A stretch of 64,000 nt of DNA from Trichosphaerium sp. ATCC 40318 (lineage: Eukaryota; Protista; Tubulinea), in the NCBI GenBank assembly GCA_038496445.1, contig JALMLS010000064.1, forward strand, positions 496,001-560,000, read 5' to 3'. The notes under the pieces are model-generated. The model was not told the origin of the DNA, searched no databases, and worked only from the letters and a program-made list of their open reading frames with translations. This document shows positions 1-12,166 of the stretch, one piece after another. A program made the position numbers and the translations under genes. How positions within the stretch are numbered: the stretch's first letter is position 1; every line of letters starts with the position of its first letter.

Positions 1-206
1 GTACGCTTTGTTTTGCAAAAAAATAGTTTTGAGTTTTGGTAATTGATGCAAAAGTACAATTTACATTTGCTTTGAGCGCCCAGCTCACCAACGGGCCATG
101 CCTACGCGGCCACAAACCGTTTTTTATGAATTGCCCTCGATCTGGGAAAGTTCCTACTTTCTGCATCGAATGCTACGTCACCACATACATCTGATGATAT
201 TACTAG

Positions 207-1290
207 TACCGGCGCCCAAATTATTATGCAAGGCCGCAGATCACTTGGTTATGGCTTTGTCGAATTCGCCACTGCTGAAGATGCTCAAAAAGCAGTTGAC
301 CAGATGAACAAGAAAGAACTAGGCGGTCGCGAGGTTAATGTTGAGTTTGCCAAACCTCCTCCAGAACGAAGCTCAGGCGAAGATGGAGAGGGAAGACGTG
401 GTGGTCGTCGCGGAAGAGGCAGAGGCCGAGGCCGTGGACGTGGTCGTGGACGAGGATATCGCCGTCCACGCGAGAACACCGACGAAGAGGGTGACGAAGA
501 AACAGAACGGTAAGAGTTCTCTCTTTGCGAAAATCCACACAATTTTAATTTTTTTTTGAATTCACCATTCCCTTTTTTTGTTTCTTCGTTCTTTTGCTTA
601 TTTCTATTACAGTCCTCCTCGTCGTCGCGGTGGTCGTCGCTCTGATAATAAGGAAGAAGGAGACCGCCCAGAACGTGGTGGCAGAAGAGGTCGCGGTAGA
701 GGTAAACGTACCCGCGTACCTGAAGAAGATCGGTGCGTTTAATATCCAATTAATTGTTTTTTTTTCTGATTTTCAAGACTTTTTAATTAATCAACGGCAA
801 ACTGACCTCTTTCGACAGCCCAGACTCTGAGACTCTTCTCTTCGTTGCCAACTTACCTTGGGAATACGAAGACGATGATTTGATAAAGCTTTTCGAAGGT
901 TTGAGCGTTGCTGAGGCTCACGTAGTCAAAACACGCACAGGACGCAGCAGAGGCTACGGTTTCGTTGAATTTGCTGATCAAGCAGCCCAACTTGAAGCTC
1001 TCAAGCAAGTTGATGGTAAAGAAGTCGACGGAAAGAATGGACAGCGCGCAATTTCTGTCAAGATTGCCCACAAGGGTGGTGATAAGTCCGAAGAGACCAA
1101 AACGGACGCTACTACCACTGAGGCCAAAGAAGAAACCTCAGAGGTTGCCACTGAAGAGGTTCCAGAGACCAAAGAGGAGGTTACAGAAGAGAAAGCCGCC
1201 CCAGTAGCTGCTGCTACTGAAGAGACCAAGGAGGAACCAAAAGAGGTTGAAGAGACCAAAGAAGCAGAAGAAAAACCTTCAACTGAATAG
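207..1290 (+). CDS. RNA-binding protein with two RRM domains, RGG-rich linker and acidic tail (5' end lies upstream of the window)
   Basis: Exons 207-509, 613-732, 819-1290 joined by GT-AG introns. RNP1 motifs LGYGFVEF and RGYGFVEF, RNP2 LFVANLP, RG repeats between the RRMs. Confidence 0.9.
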
Positions 1291-1763
1291 ATCTTTATGA
1301 CCCCACTAAGAACCATTTATTAAACAAAATATTGATAATATCATTTTATTGTGGTTTGTTTTTTTGTCAAAAACGTGCGCTTGGAGGCTGCGTTATGTTC
1401 TCTTTCTTAAAGTATTGGGAGGAGCGTGAAAGTGTTATTGGCACGCGGTTTTTTTTTTGAAAAGGTCATTTTTTGGTTTGGGTGATGGACTCAAACTCGC
1501 TTCTCTACGCTGGTCTTGGGAATTGTTTTGCACTGTCTTCATGTAGTCTATCCTTGTATGATTGTGTGAGATGAACTGTGATCCTGTCGCGGACGCCAAA
1601 ACCCGTGGCGTATTAACACAGACTTAGAACCTTAGTCTTGCAGTTTCATGAAAACTCCAAAAATTTCGTGTGTCAACCCCAGAAGTTATTGTTTTAAAGC
1701 CCCAACACTATACACCACATATACTACTTTGTAGTAGCGTATCATCTTACACACAATCAAAAA

Positions 1764-4156
1764 ATGTTGCGTATTTCGGCGCTATTCGCAATTTTATGTT
1801 TATGGACTGTTTTCGCTTCAAATCATACTGTTCCTTCCAATGCAACACAGTGCACTACCACAGCGGACTGTTTACCATGGGTTTGCCGTCACTCTATTTG
1901 CGAGTACGTAAAAAGCTTAAAATTACTGCGCACGTGACCCACACACGTGCGAAATAGGCCTTGCTCTGTTGATGCGCGTCTTTGCGTGGCTGAACAGAAT
2001 TTCTTAACTTGTGCTTCTAATGGCGATTGTGTAACTGCAAGACTCTTTGGAGGAGAAAACGTACTAAAATACACGGGAAAACGTTTTTTAAACCTTTTTG
2101 GTAATGTTTCGCCGTCACGTGACTAAATTATAGGAATATTACTTGCATCTTGTAACTATGGGATTATGTATTATTCTTAGTAGTATTGCTAGTGCCGGAG
2201 GTAAAATCGATTTTGTGAAATAGCTTACTTTTCTTTGTACTTTTCTTGTTCTTACTAAACACTTGTAGGTATTGGTGGAGGTGGTGTTTTTGTGCCACTT
2301 CTAATTCTCATCGCTCAAGCGCACCCCAGGGAGGCCGTACCTCTATCGAATGCGCTGATTTTGGGTGTTGTTACCGTAAACTTGATGCAACTCGTTCCAC
2401 ATGCAAATCCACGCAAAGTACGTAATAATTCTTGTTTCGTATGTTGTTATTGATAAGTGTAGTTGGATAGACCATTGATAGACTATGATATTTGTATGCT
2501 TATGATGCCTCTCGCCCTTGGAGGTACGAAAACTCACATCTTGATAGTACATAAAGCTAACGTGTTGTAAGGAACTTCAATTGGATCTATTCTAAATACT
2601 ATGCTCACGGATTATGCTATACTTATTCTACTTTTTGTTGTATTGGCTATAGCTGGTTGGCGTACTGTTTTAAAGGTAGGAAGAAACGTATGAATGATTT
2701 GGTAAAGTAATTAAAACTCAGGGCATCAAAACATACAGAAATGAAAGCGCAATGAAAAAGATGAAAGTGGGTATCGTTGAGAGTAAGACTGAAGGTTCTG
2801 GCCTTGTATCAGGAAAGACAAGGTAATTTATTTTCAATTTCTAAAGATTGTGAACTAACACGTGATTTTTTGCAGAAAGTATGGGTTTTGTACATTACGA
2901 CAATACCCTATTTTCAAAATGTTGTTTCTTGTTTTTGCTTTGGCCCTTGTGACTATTCATGCACTTATGCTTGGCGGAAACAGAGGTATACCAACTTACT
3001 TAAACTCCTTATAATGTAACGTTTATTGTAGGAGGAAGTATACTTAATCTAGAGAAATGTTCAATGTGGTATTGGCTATTGTACGATTTTTTCTTTTGTT
3101 GCCTTTTTTTTTTTGTTTGTTAAGTTCGTTTTAGGTTGGCTGCACTTTATGTTGTATTGTGTTGCCTTGTGTTTGCAATGTCCATTTATTTATGGCGTAG
3201 TTTCAATAAGAATAAACTGGATGAAAGCACAAGATTGGTACCGACTTGTGTTTGCTTGATTTTCTTACTGTTTTCTCTCTAATAGATTGACTTGGATCAA
3301 GAGTCAGACTTATTTGAGGAGCCAAAGTCTGAAGAAGAATACCAAAAATGGACAATTAAGAGGCTAGTTTTATTGTGGTTTGTAAGTTTTTCACTGGGAC
3401 TTGTTGCTAGTTTGGTAGGACTTGGTGGTGGTAAGTTTCGACAAGATTTCTTATAGCTGTACTAATTTTTTTTCGAAAAGGAACTGTCATCAACCCAGTT
3501 CTTCTTGAGCTTGGGTATGTTGCTGATGTTGTCGTACGTGATTTATATAATTTAAGACAGTGTAATTTTAATCATTTGTTTATCATAGGCGGGTACCGGA
3601 AGTCTCATGATATTCTTTACTTCAGGCTCAGCTTTGATACAATTTTTTATTCATCGTACGCTTTACCTTTGTTTTTCACGTGCTTTCAGAACCTTTCAAC
3701 GAATACCTTGCCGATAAATTTTCTTCGAGTTATCATAGTATAAGCTTGGCATAACGCAACTAAGTTGTAGACTGAGAGATGTCTAACAACAAATTTTGTT
3801 TGTTCTTTTTTTTTTCTGGTTTTGACGGTTTTTCGCTACTAGGTCAGCTTGTGTGGGACTATTTCCTTGGATACTTTATAACTGGCGTGATTGGATCAAC
3901 TATTGGTCGTGTTGTTATCTCGTGGCTAATGGCAAAGACAGATAGGAAGAGTTTTATAGTGTTCGCTATTGGAGCTATAATAGTTTTATCTACAGTTCTA
4001 TTACTTGGTGTTGGTACGTAATGATTACTTCTGTTTTTTGCTAGTCCTCACACAACGTTTATCTTTGATACTTATACATTCAATTCTATAGGGATATGGG
4101 ATTTTGTTGTTGATTGGCAAGCTGGAGAAATCGAAACTTTTGGTTCATTCTGTTGA
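1764..4156 (+). CDS. TauE/SafE (sulfite exporter) family membrane protein with signal peptide and Cys-rich N-terminal segment
   Basis: Spliced translation MLRISALFAILCLWTVFAS...; motifs SAGGIGGGGVFVPLLILI, RPLIDYD, LVGLGGGTVINPVLLELG; multiple TM segments; ends FGSFC*. Confidence 0.85.
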
Positions 4157-4445
4157 TGCCATTTTAATTTCATTGTTTGCAATAAACCACCATAAAACTT
4201 CGCTATTTTTTTTTGGAGTAGAGTGTCAACTAAAACAATATGGTTTGTGCACGACTAAGGTCATTCTGTACAAGACGTGCACCTTCAACTTTTTTATGAG
4301 GCCGTAGACATGAGGTCGTAGACACAAGTTGAAAGTACAATTGAGATTCATTCGAATGCAGATAAAACTCAAAACAAAACTATTCACAAATCCATGTTTA
4401 AGAATCAAGGGGCAATAACCTTGAGAGGACTTTATTGCTATAAAT

Positions 4446-5448
4446 TTAAGGGTACCAGTTAATATCGACACCAACGCCACAGAGGGTTGCGTCACCTGTT
4501 CTTTCGTTAGAGACGACGTCTGGTTATAGAAAAAATTTGTTCAAAATTGAGAAATGTACCTTTATACTGCTTAATGTTTGGCTTGGTAAAGCCGCCAAAA
4601 GGTGTAAAATCGGAGAATGATGGATTATCATCGTAGTGAGGATACCTGGGAACGGGTTTAGGATGGGTGTGTCTTCAAAGGGGTACATACCAAAGAGGAA
4701 AGTTGCCATATGCTGTGTACGAAGAGCCAAATATCTCTGTCCATTGGGACTCTGAAGTGTAGATACCACATTTATGACCAGAGCTAGTACAGCCTGATAT
4801 GAGTTCGCTCATAAATTGTTGGTTCTCAGACGCAGAAGAATGCCAGTACTAAATAAACACAAGCGGTTGGATACGTTTCCAGAAAAACAAGAAGAAAAAA
4901 AAAACGTTGAGTCACAAAACTTACTTGAGGGCCTTCAATATCGAGCCAAATCATATTGTAGTTGGAAGAACCAAGGGCGCTTACCATACTAGATACTTGA
5001 CCAGATCCATCTCCACATGTTGGACAAGGAAATAGGTAAACATCTACGTATGCGATTCCAGCTGCTCTAGCTGCAGCGATGCTTGCTATCACGTGATTTT
5101 AAGCGTTATTTTTTTTCGTTTGTTTGGAAAAACTACAAGCAAAGTGTTTATTATAATCGCACCTGGTGCTGCTGGGTCTGGAGATCCTGTAGAGCGATAA
5201 GCCTAGAAGATAGTCTCGTTAGAAAAAAAGTGAAAGGAAAGTTCTTTTTTGGTTTTTCTTTACCCTGACAATAACAAAGTCGTTGCCTTGGCTCTTCAAG
5301 CATGAAAAATCAGCGTGGCTAACACCCTGTTTTTGAGTAAGCGGTAGTAATAACGTTTTCTGAGGTATACCTGCGATACGTCTACGCCGTACGTAGCGAA
5401 AGCAATACAAATGAAACCGAGAAGTAAAGTTGTTACAGCTAAGGACAT
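4446..5448 (-). CDS. Secreted GH25-type (protist/nematode-type) lysozyme
   Basis: Signal peptide [18 protein letters not shown], then [68 protein letters not shown]. Confidence 0.9.
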
Positions 5449-5588
5449 TGCGCTTTTTTAGTAAAAAAAGAATCCCAACATAAAAATGTGAAACAATGAC
5501 CGAACACAACCATCTTCTTCTTAAATGGTGCTTCTCGCTTTATTTAACGTTTGCGTTTGTTATTGGTGCACATGTGTATACCATTGGT

Positions 5589-7381
5589 CTAATTTTCTTT
5601 TTTTGTTGGAGAGACAATTGGTGTTTCTTCCTCTTCTTCTGTTGCTTTTTCTTTCTCAAGTTTTTTGCGTAAGAACCAGATATTGAGAGCTAAGACAGCA
5701 CCAGAGAATAGGAACGTTTCAAGTACTAATAGGATATAAGCGAAGGAAATCAATGGATGGTTCTATGTTAATCATCACGTACATAAATACTTTACATGAG
5801 GTGAATCTATTTCAAGTAGTTTGAAAGGAAGAAAACAAGCAAAGAAGTTGTTAAAAATATGAAGAATGATTGGCTCCCAAAGTGATTGTGTAAGAATAAA
5901 ACGAATGCTATACACTGTTCCCATAATAGTAGCAATAGTCATCTGAATAAAAACAAAGCATTAACACAAAAGTACACACGAGAAAGATTATAAACGAAGA
6001 GACAAAAAAAAAACAATATTGTCAAATGTCTTTGTTGTGTTAACCGTCACATGCCTAGTGTACTTTACGCACGTGACTTTTTTTGTTTGTTGTAAATGTC
6101 AGACGTTTGTGTACAATAAAAATGGCAGTGCTTACAAAACATTGGAATAAGAAACAAGTCAAATATACGTACTTGAATAAGTATGTAAGTAACATCGAAT
6201 TTTCCAAAAAAGACATTACCACAATGAGCAAGCGCAAACAATGCGTTTGAGACAATAAGAGATTTTGTAACATTATTTGTTCTCCACCATACTAGATGGA
6301 ACAGAAAACCTCTGTAGACAAGTTCTTCCATCAAAGGAGAGAAAATGACCATGCCAAAAAATCTAACATTCTTTTTGTTAGTACAAGTTTTTACATAGAC
6401 CACTAACACCAACGTTGGGCTGTTTCCCTGTCTTGTTTTGCTGTAAAAAAGAACGGTGTACAAAAAGAAAGTCCCTTTGTTTTTCTATGCAACTTAACTT
6501 TTGTATAAAACCAAGGCCACGTGTAAAGTTGTTTCAGAAGGGAAATTTATGTTCGTATTTTTTTTGAAGATAGTACCTTCCGTAGTCCATATAAAATGAT
6601 CCCTTTACTTCCATGAGGATATTAGATAACGTGATGTAATACTCACCTTTAACTGTGATTAGATAAATGATATATGGTGGCAAGATATACCGGCAGAGTA
6701 CTGAAACCAAACGTGTACGCAAAAGTTAACGACACTTAGTAAAATAATGGTTACACCAAAAAAGCTAAATCTTGGTCTGCCAATACCAAATCTGGTTGAT
6801 AGTAAGTACATTGTATCTACTGATGTAGACGTACGCGCGTGGGAACTTTCTGGTCTGCATGTCGCGTTGCATGTACGTAAAGTAAATAGTTACTAATGTT
6901 ATCGCTAATACCCATGGCATGCTCTCTAGTAGCGCTGTTTGCCATTCTAGGCTGAACATTTGAATAACTGCTGGTACAGCCGTAATGCTGCTATTTTGCA
7001 CTGAAGCGCGTAAGCCCTGCGTATATTAAGCGTACTGGACAGTAATAAATCAATTGTACTTGAGATATGGCGTTTAATCTTGATTCTTTAATATTTGACA
7101 CCATAGAAAAGGATGCAAAGCTCGCTACAGCTATAGCTCTGTATAGAAAGATGGCTATGAGTCCTTCAATGGTTGCTACCTAGTAAATTACACCAAACCA
7201 ACAAAAAGTGACATACGATGAGCTGACCAATTGGTGGTAGCTTGTTGACGCGGTTTTTAGCAGGTGGTATCTCTTTAAACTCCTCAGAGTTCATTTCCTT
7301 CTCTCGTTCTGCTTTGTACTGGTCAATCATCTCTTTCAATCCTCCTGAGCGAGACCCCGACATACCACTGCTTGTAGACAT
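5589..7381 (-). CDS. CPBP/Abi (CAAX prenyl protease type II) family intramembrane protease
   Basis: EELVYRG, FALAH and LHIFNN motifs within hydrophobic segments; N-terminal exons from ATG 7381 splice in frame. Confidence 0.85.
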
Positions 7382-7539
7382 AACGTGTGTACAAGCCAAG
7401 CTTTTCTGACTTTTTTTGTCAAATACAGTCAATACCTTTTTGAAATGTTTCTTGGCGCTCTGATCGACCGAACAATAACGTTTATTGCCTGAGTAACATG
7501 TCACGTGATGCTTATAAAAATGCAACTATTTTATTTGAA

Positions 7540-9225
7540 TTACAAAGTGGCTGTACTTTGCCAATATGCATTCCTAGGTGCCATCAGTCTACTGTTCTTT
7601 CGGTGCAGTACGGCGTGTATGTCCAGTGGGCTTGCACCCTTAGGTGGTGCTACACCAAAGTCCTCTAGCTGAGATGCTATTGTAGCTTGCAAGGTAGCCT
7701 TGTCACCGTCCCACCAATATGGGATGATAACCAAGTGAACACCTTATTCCAAGTCAATTACAACCGTTCTATTAAGAATAATGTACCTAAATCAGCACAT
7801 TGTTGTTGCTTCTCCACATCACTCATGCGTTGTACTAGAGCGTGATGATCGGCACGTCGTATATGATCATCATAATGTTGTTCGCCTTTATAGTACCGAG
7901 ATGTTAGTATAACAAAGAAAGACTGTGCTGTACCTTGGTACTCAAGTGCAATATTGTATTCTGGAACATACACATCAACAACAAGAGGTACTAAACTAGT
8001 ACTTCTTAAGCCGATAGCATGCTCTTCAATAACATGCGAATGAGGAAATATAGATCTCACAGTATATGCTATACGTCTAATATATTTAATTTAGTAACTA
8101 TGGCTGATTTAGTGCATGTACTGTTGCTTGAATCTCTTTGAGTTTATAAAAAATCTATGCCATTCCCAAGAGAAATTCGGGTCAATCGACTTTAGTGCTT
8201 GAGGCCAATAGTTTAATAGCCCCTTTCCCTTTGTATTGTGGTGCTTTATAGATATACCATACCTGTGTACTAGTCAATAATAGAAAACAAAAAGTACAAG
8301 CGAAGAGAAGGTACCAAGAGGAATTGTTTTGAATTTTTAGTTTCTTTCTTAAATGATTTAGAAAACGTCTTTGATTTGACTCGTCCTTCCAGTAGTTACG
8401 TGGAACACGTCTTAACATATTGATTAAATAACGACAATATCACAAACAAGATAGATACCCAAACTTCCATGGTACCCACGCATGGTCAGGAAAGGCTGAT
8501 GACAAGCAATAAGAAAGAGAATTGTTATAGTATTCGCTTTGAAAAAAAAAAGTTAGTACGAAATGATGGGTGGAATTCTACGCTTACAGCATTCCCACGC
8601 CTCCTTGTTTTATTACATCTATATTAGATATAGTATACCATTGATCTAGTTCTTTAATATCTAACTTTTCTGCCATTGTATTGAGTAAATAGCGCTGATT
8701 CGAAAAGTCACTCCAGAAATGTTTAGGAGCGCAACTAGGATTTCGTTCAGTTAAAGTCGGACTGTCTATTGGCTTACACAAATTCCCATGCTTTCCATTC
8801 ATGTCTAGGGTACACAAACGCTAGGCATGATAGCAAGGAACCATTGTAGAACCTCGGGTAAAGTGAGATAAAGGATGGGTTTGCGTTGGCTGGTACTGTA
8901 GTATCCCTGAACTATCCACAGCACGAAATGCGCTGTTGGTAATGTTGTACCAATCATCTAACTGTTTTACGTTAAATTCTATAGCGTTCAGTTCAATAAC
9001 ATGTCGTTGCGTTCGTAGAGACGGAAAGTATCTGAGACAAGTGTTAGATGTAGCGACAGAATTAGTAAAATAACGAAAATGACATTTGATACATACCTGC
9101 CACTCACATCGCGTAGTACAGCACCTACAGCACAGGACTGTTATTATTATACTTGTATTTATCAAACTGGGCGCCGTACGCTGTTGTGGTTGTGTGTGAG
9201 GTTTTAACGCTGCTCTTGCATACAT
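7540..9225 (-). CDS. Trp-rich ~70-aa tandem-repeat protein with C-terminal PD-(D/E)XK-like (DUF559/RAP-like) nuclease domain
   Basis: Repeats such as PKHFWSDFSNQRYLLNTMAEKLDIKELDQWY..GGVGML..YNNSL..FPDHAWVPWKF; C-terminal VDVYVPEYNIALEYQGEQHY...DVEKQQQC..LGVHLVIIPYWW. Start codon uncertain. Confidence 0.75.
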
Positions 9226-9297
9226 AAACAGCTGGCCATTTACTGTTATGTGTACGTTGTACCAATCCGGCTTAAGGCAGTCTAGTTTTTAACCTGA

Positions 9298-10654
9298 ATG
9301 GTCACAACATGCGCGTATCACTGTCACTTCGAAGCTCACTGTACCACAGCAAGTACGTTAACAACCATAGATTGTACATTACTAATTTAACAGACAAAGC
9401 ACCCCAACACCCTCTGCCCATGATATTCTGAACTCCACTGCTTACGTTCTTAAAATTAAAACTGTCAGCGGGTGGTACAAGCAAGGATACAATGAAATAG
9501 CGCATACAAGCCCAGAAGCAAGATTTCTACTGTACTAGTACCTGAACAACAGCTTACTAACATTTTCAAGCAAATGTCACAACGATTCCGTTTCAGCGTG
9601 CCTGACCAAATTGTATCCTGACTACAGATGGCAGCCTTGGCGTTTTGAGTACGTTTACACAAACGATGACATTCTTAAATCAGTAGGTGGTCGCCAATGA
9701 ACTTTTGGAAGTCACTTAGTAATCTACAACAATTCTTTAACGACACTTCACAAAAACATGAGATAACCACCTTAGATGGTTGGTACGAGGCTGTTAGTTT
9801 TGTAGATGTACCAGCAGGTATCAGTGCAAGGTATCTGAGGTGTAGTATCGGTGTTTTACTGAGTAGAACGATAGATACAGTGGTTCTATTCCCGATACAT
9901 TTATGTCTGTTTACCCAGAATATAACTGGAAAACACATTCTTTTTTCAGACAATCCTGGAATTCACGTGCATCGAGAACCACTTTAAAACACTTAGAGAT
10001 TGTTAATATTATTGCTCGCCGTATAAATATAAAAGTACTGGATGACTGGTACAAAGCTAGCAAAGCAGACTTTAAAGCATTTGGTGGAGATTCTATATTG
10101 TACGGGGCTGTTTTTCTAGCCTTCACTAAACTCGTTTTTAAGGAAGCATTATGGAAATTCCATCTCGATTTGCCTCGCTAGAATATTTCCTGACTATCAC
10201 TGGGACGATTCTGGGTTCTCTTGCAAAGATAAACCGTGGTATACTAGCTGGATGGATACTTCAAATCAAAGGAACTTTTTAATAAAAATGAAAGCGATTT
10301 ATAACATCTCAACGCCAGACATGTGGTATGATATAAACAAGCCAACTATTGTACTCATTGCACTTACCAATAACTTTTCGTAGGTATCGCATGTCAGTCG
10401 ATTCACTCGCGTCTAATGGAGGTCGCGGTATTTTACGGTATTGGCCTCATGTTCTTGAAACTATTGAACCACATATCACATGGGATTGGGTTCGTTTCAA
10501 GCACTCAACAAAAACCAAGCAATAGTATGTGCTAAATGTCACATTATTCAATGTTTTTTAAATTAAGATTAGCGTACTGATGCAGCGTTTACAAGAAGTA
10601 ATACCTGCAAAGAAGACAAAACTTGAAACGAAAAGAAAAATGGAATTCCATTGA
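9298..10654 (+). CDS. Trp-rich tandem-repeat protein, paralogue lacking the nuclease domain
   Basis: Same repeat (NFWKSLSNLQQFF..LDGWY; IKVLDDWYKASKADFKAFGGDSIL; YPEYNW); final exon YVLMQRLQEVIP...EFH*. First exon and start codon could not be resolved cleanly. Confidence 0.7.
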
Positions 10655-10995
10655 TACAATTATTGGCTTGTAGTCATGTCACGCTGTCGACACTCTTGAT
10701 GATTTTTTTGTTACATGTCGATGCGCAAAAGGCAGAAATTAGAAACCTGATGGTAAGTCGAACAACGTTTTTTTCGAAACAAGCCAAAAGTGTATTTTGT
10801 TCTATTATTTAGCATAGTTAACTACAGGACTAATAATAAAACCGTAAATTTAGAGATATGGGAGATTGACGTGTAGTAAATTCCCGATTCAGAGAATCAT
10901 TAACAAATAAATTCACCGGCACGACAGGTAATGATTATAACCTTGCATGCACCAAAATACGATCAAGACGACTTCCACACACGATGGCACAACAA

Positions 10996-11019
10996 TCACG
11001 TGATTATTAGTTCACGTGA
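10996..11019. promoter_or_regulatory. Tandem TCACGTGA (E-box/CLEAR/CDEI-like) palindromes upstream of the 11134 gene
   Basis: TCACGTGA at 10996-11003 and 11012-11019, about 115-140 nt upstream of the ATG. Confidence 0.45.
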
Positions 11020-11133
11020 AAACTGATGAGTGTCTCAAGGAACATAAACTTCAACTTACAACAAACAACAAACACCTCTCACAGTACGCCTTCAAGATGA
11101 AACATTATAAAGTTACTAATATCGCATAGAACA

Positions 11134-11946
11134 ATGTCTAAGAATTATAACGCAGCAGTAAAAGCAGCTCTTCCAGAAGCCACCAAAGCTTTCAAGAAAT
11201 CTCTCACTAACTCCAAGCACGGAAGTTCAAGTATAAAAGACAGCATCACTGCCCAAACAACACTACTTAGTAAAGGAGTTTCGCTAAAAACGACGGACTT
11301 GGGAAAGACAGACTTCAAGCGTTATGTATTCCAAGCGCTGACTCCATGCCAAGCCTCTGTCGCTAACTTTGGCATCGCTACTTTCAGTACGTGTTCTTTT
11401 TTCTCATATTTTCTTCAATGTTGACTTTGTGTTCTTTGTAGGAGTGTTGTTGGGCGCAATTGGTATTAGTTCAGAGCTTGGAGAGAAGGCAGGACACGCA
11501 TTATTCCAGAAAGCTGACGCGAAGACTCTGAATGGATTTGTTCGTTCGATTAAAGGCATCCAGGAGGTACAAGCACTTGGTTTAATGACTTCACTTAACA
11601 TCATCTAAGGCAGAAGGAGAACTTAAAAAGGCTTTGGCTACTATTAAGTTTCTTAACCAAGTAAAGCGTGCTATGGGCCTAGAAATAATCTATGGCGTTA
11701 TACAGGGTACCATGACTCGGTACGACTTTTTTTCATCAATTACATTTTTTGGCACTTTAATTAATTAGCTGACCCACTGAATTTTTTTACAGGGAAAAAT
11801 GGTTAAAATTAGGTGTTGTAATGATTGCCCAGCTCATGGCTTTCTTTGCAACTGATGGAGCTGCATTTGTTGCAGAGATAGTCTTGGTTTTTGCCGGTGC
11901 AGGCTGGGGTAAGGCTCTTGCTGCAGTTGTAAATACGTGCCGTTAA
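11134..11946 (+). CDS. Uncharacterised ~210-aa helical protein with C-terminal hydrophobic hairpin
   Basis: Four coding exons splice in frame; C-terminus KWLKLGVVMIAQLMAFFATDGAAFVAEIVLVFAGAGWGKALAAVVNTCR*; 5'UTR intron just upstream of the ATG; AATAAA after the stop. Confidence 0.7.
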
Positions 11947-12166
11947 TTAACTATAACTTGTAAAATCCAGAGCAACTACTGCTCTTCAATAAAAGTTGTA
12001 TCTAACCTAAAGATGTCTTTTTGATAAACCTTAAACTCTTGAGTAATGTCTTTGTAATGCACGCTTTCGTATCATAAGTAAAACCATCTAGAATAAAACT
12101 TGAAATACGTGACCAAAATGTCTTTGTGAAAATATTGTATTTGCGGTTTATTTTTATCTTTCCTCT

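Noticed and set aside
7540-8060. Nuclease domain as evidence of a transposon or homing element
   Set aside because: The gene is intron-rich, with no terminal repeats, target-site duplication, transposase or reverse transcriptase; it looks like a resident host gene.
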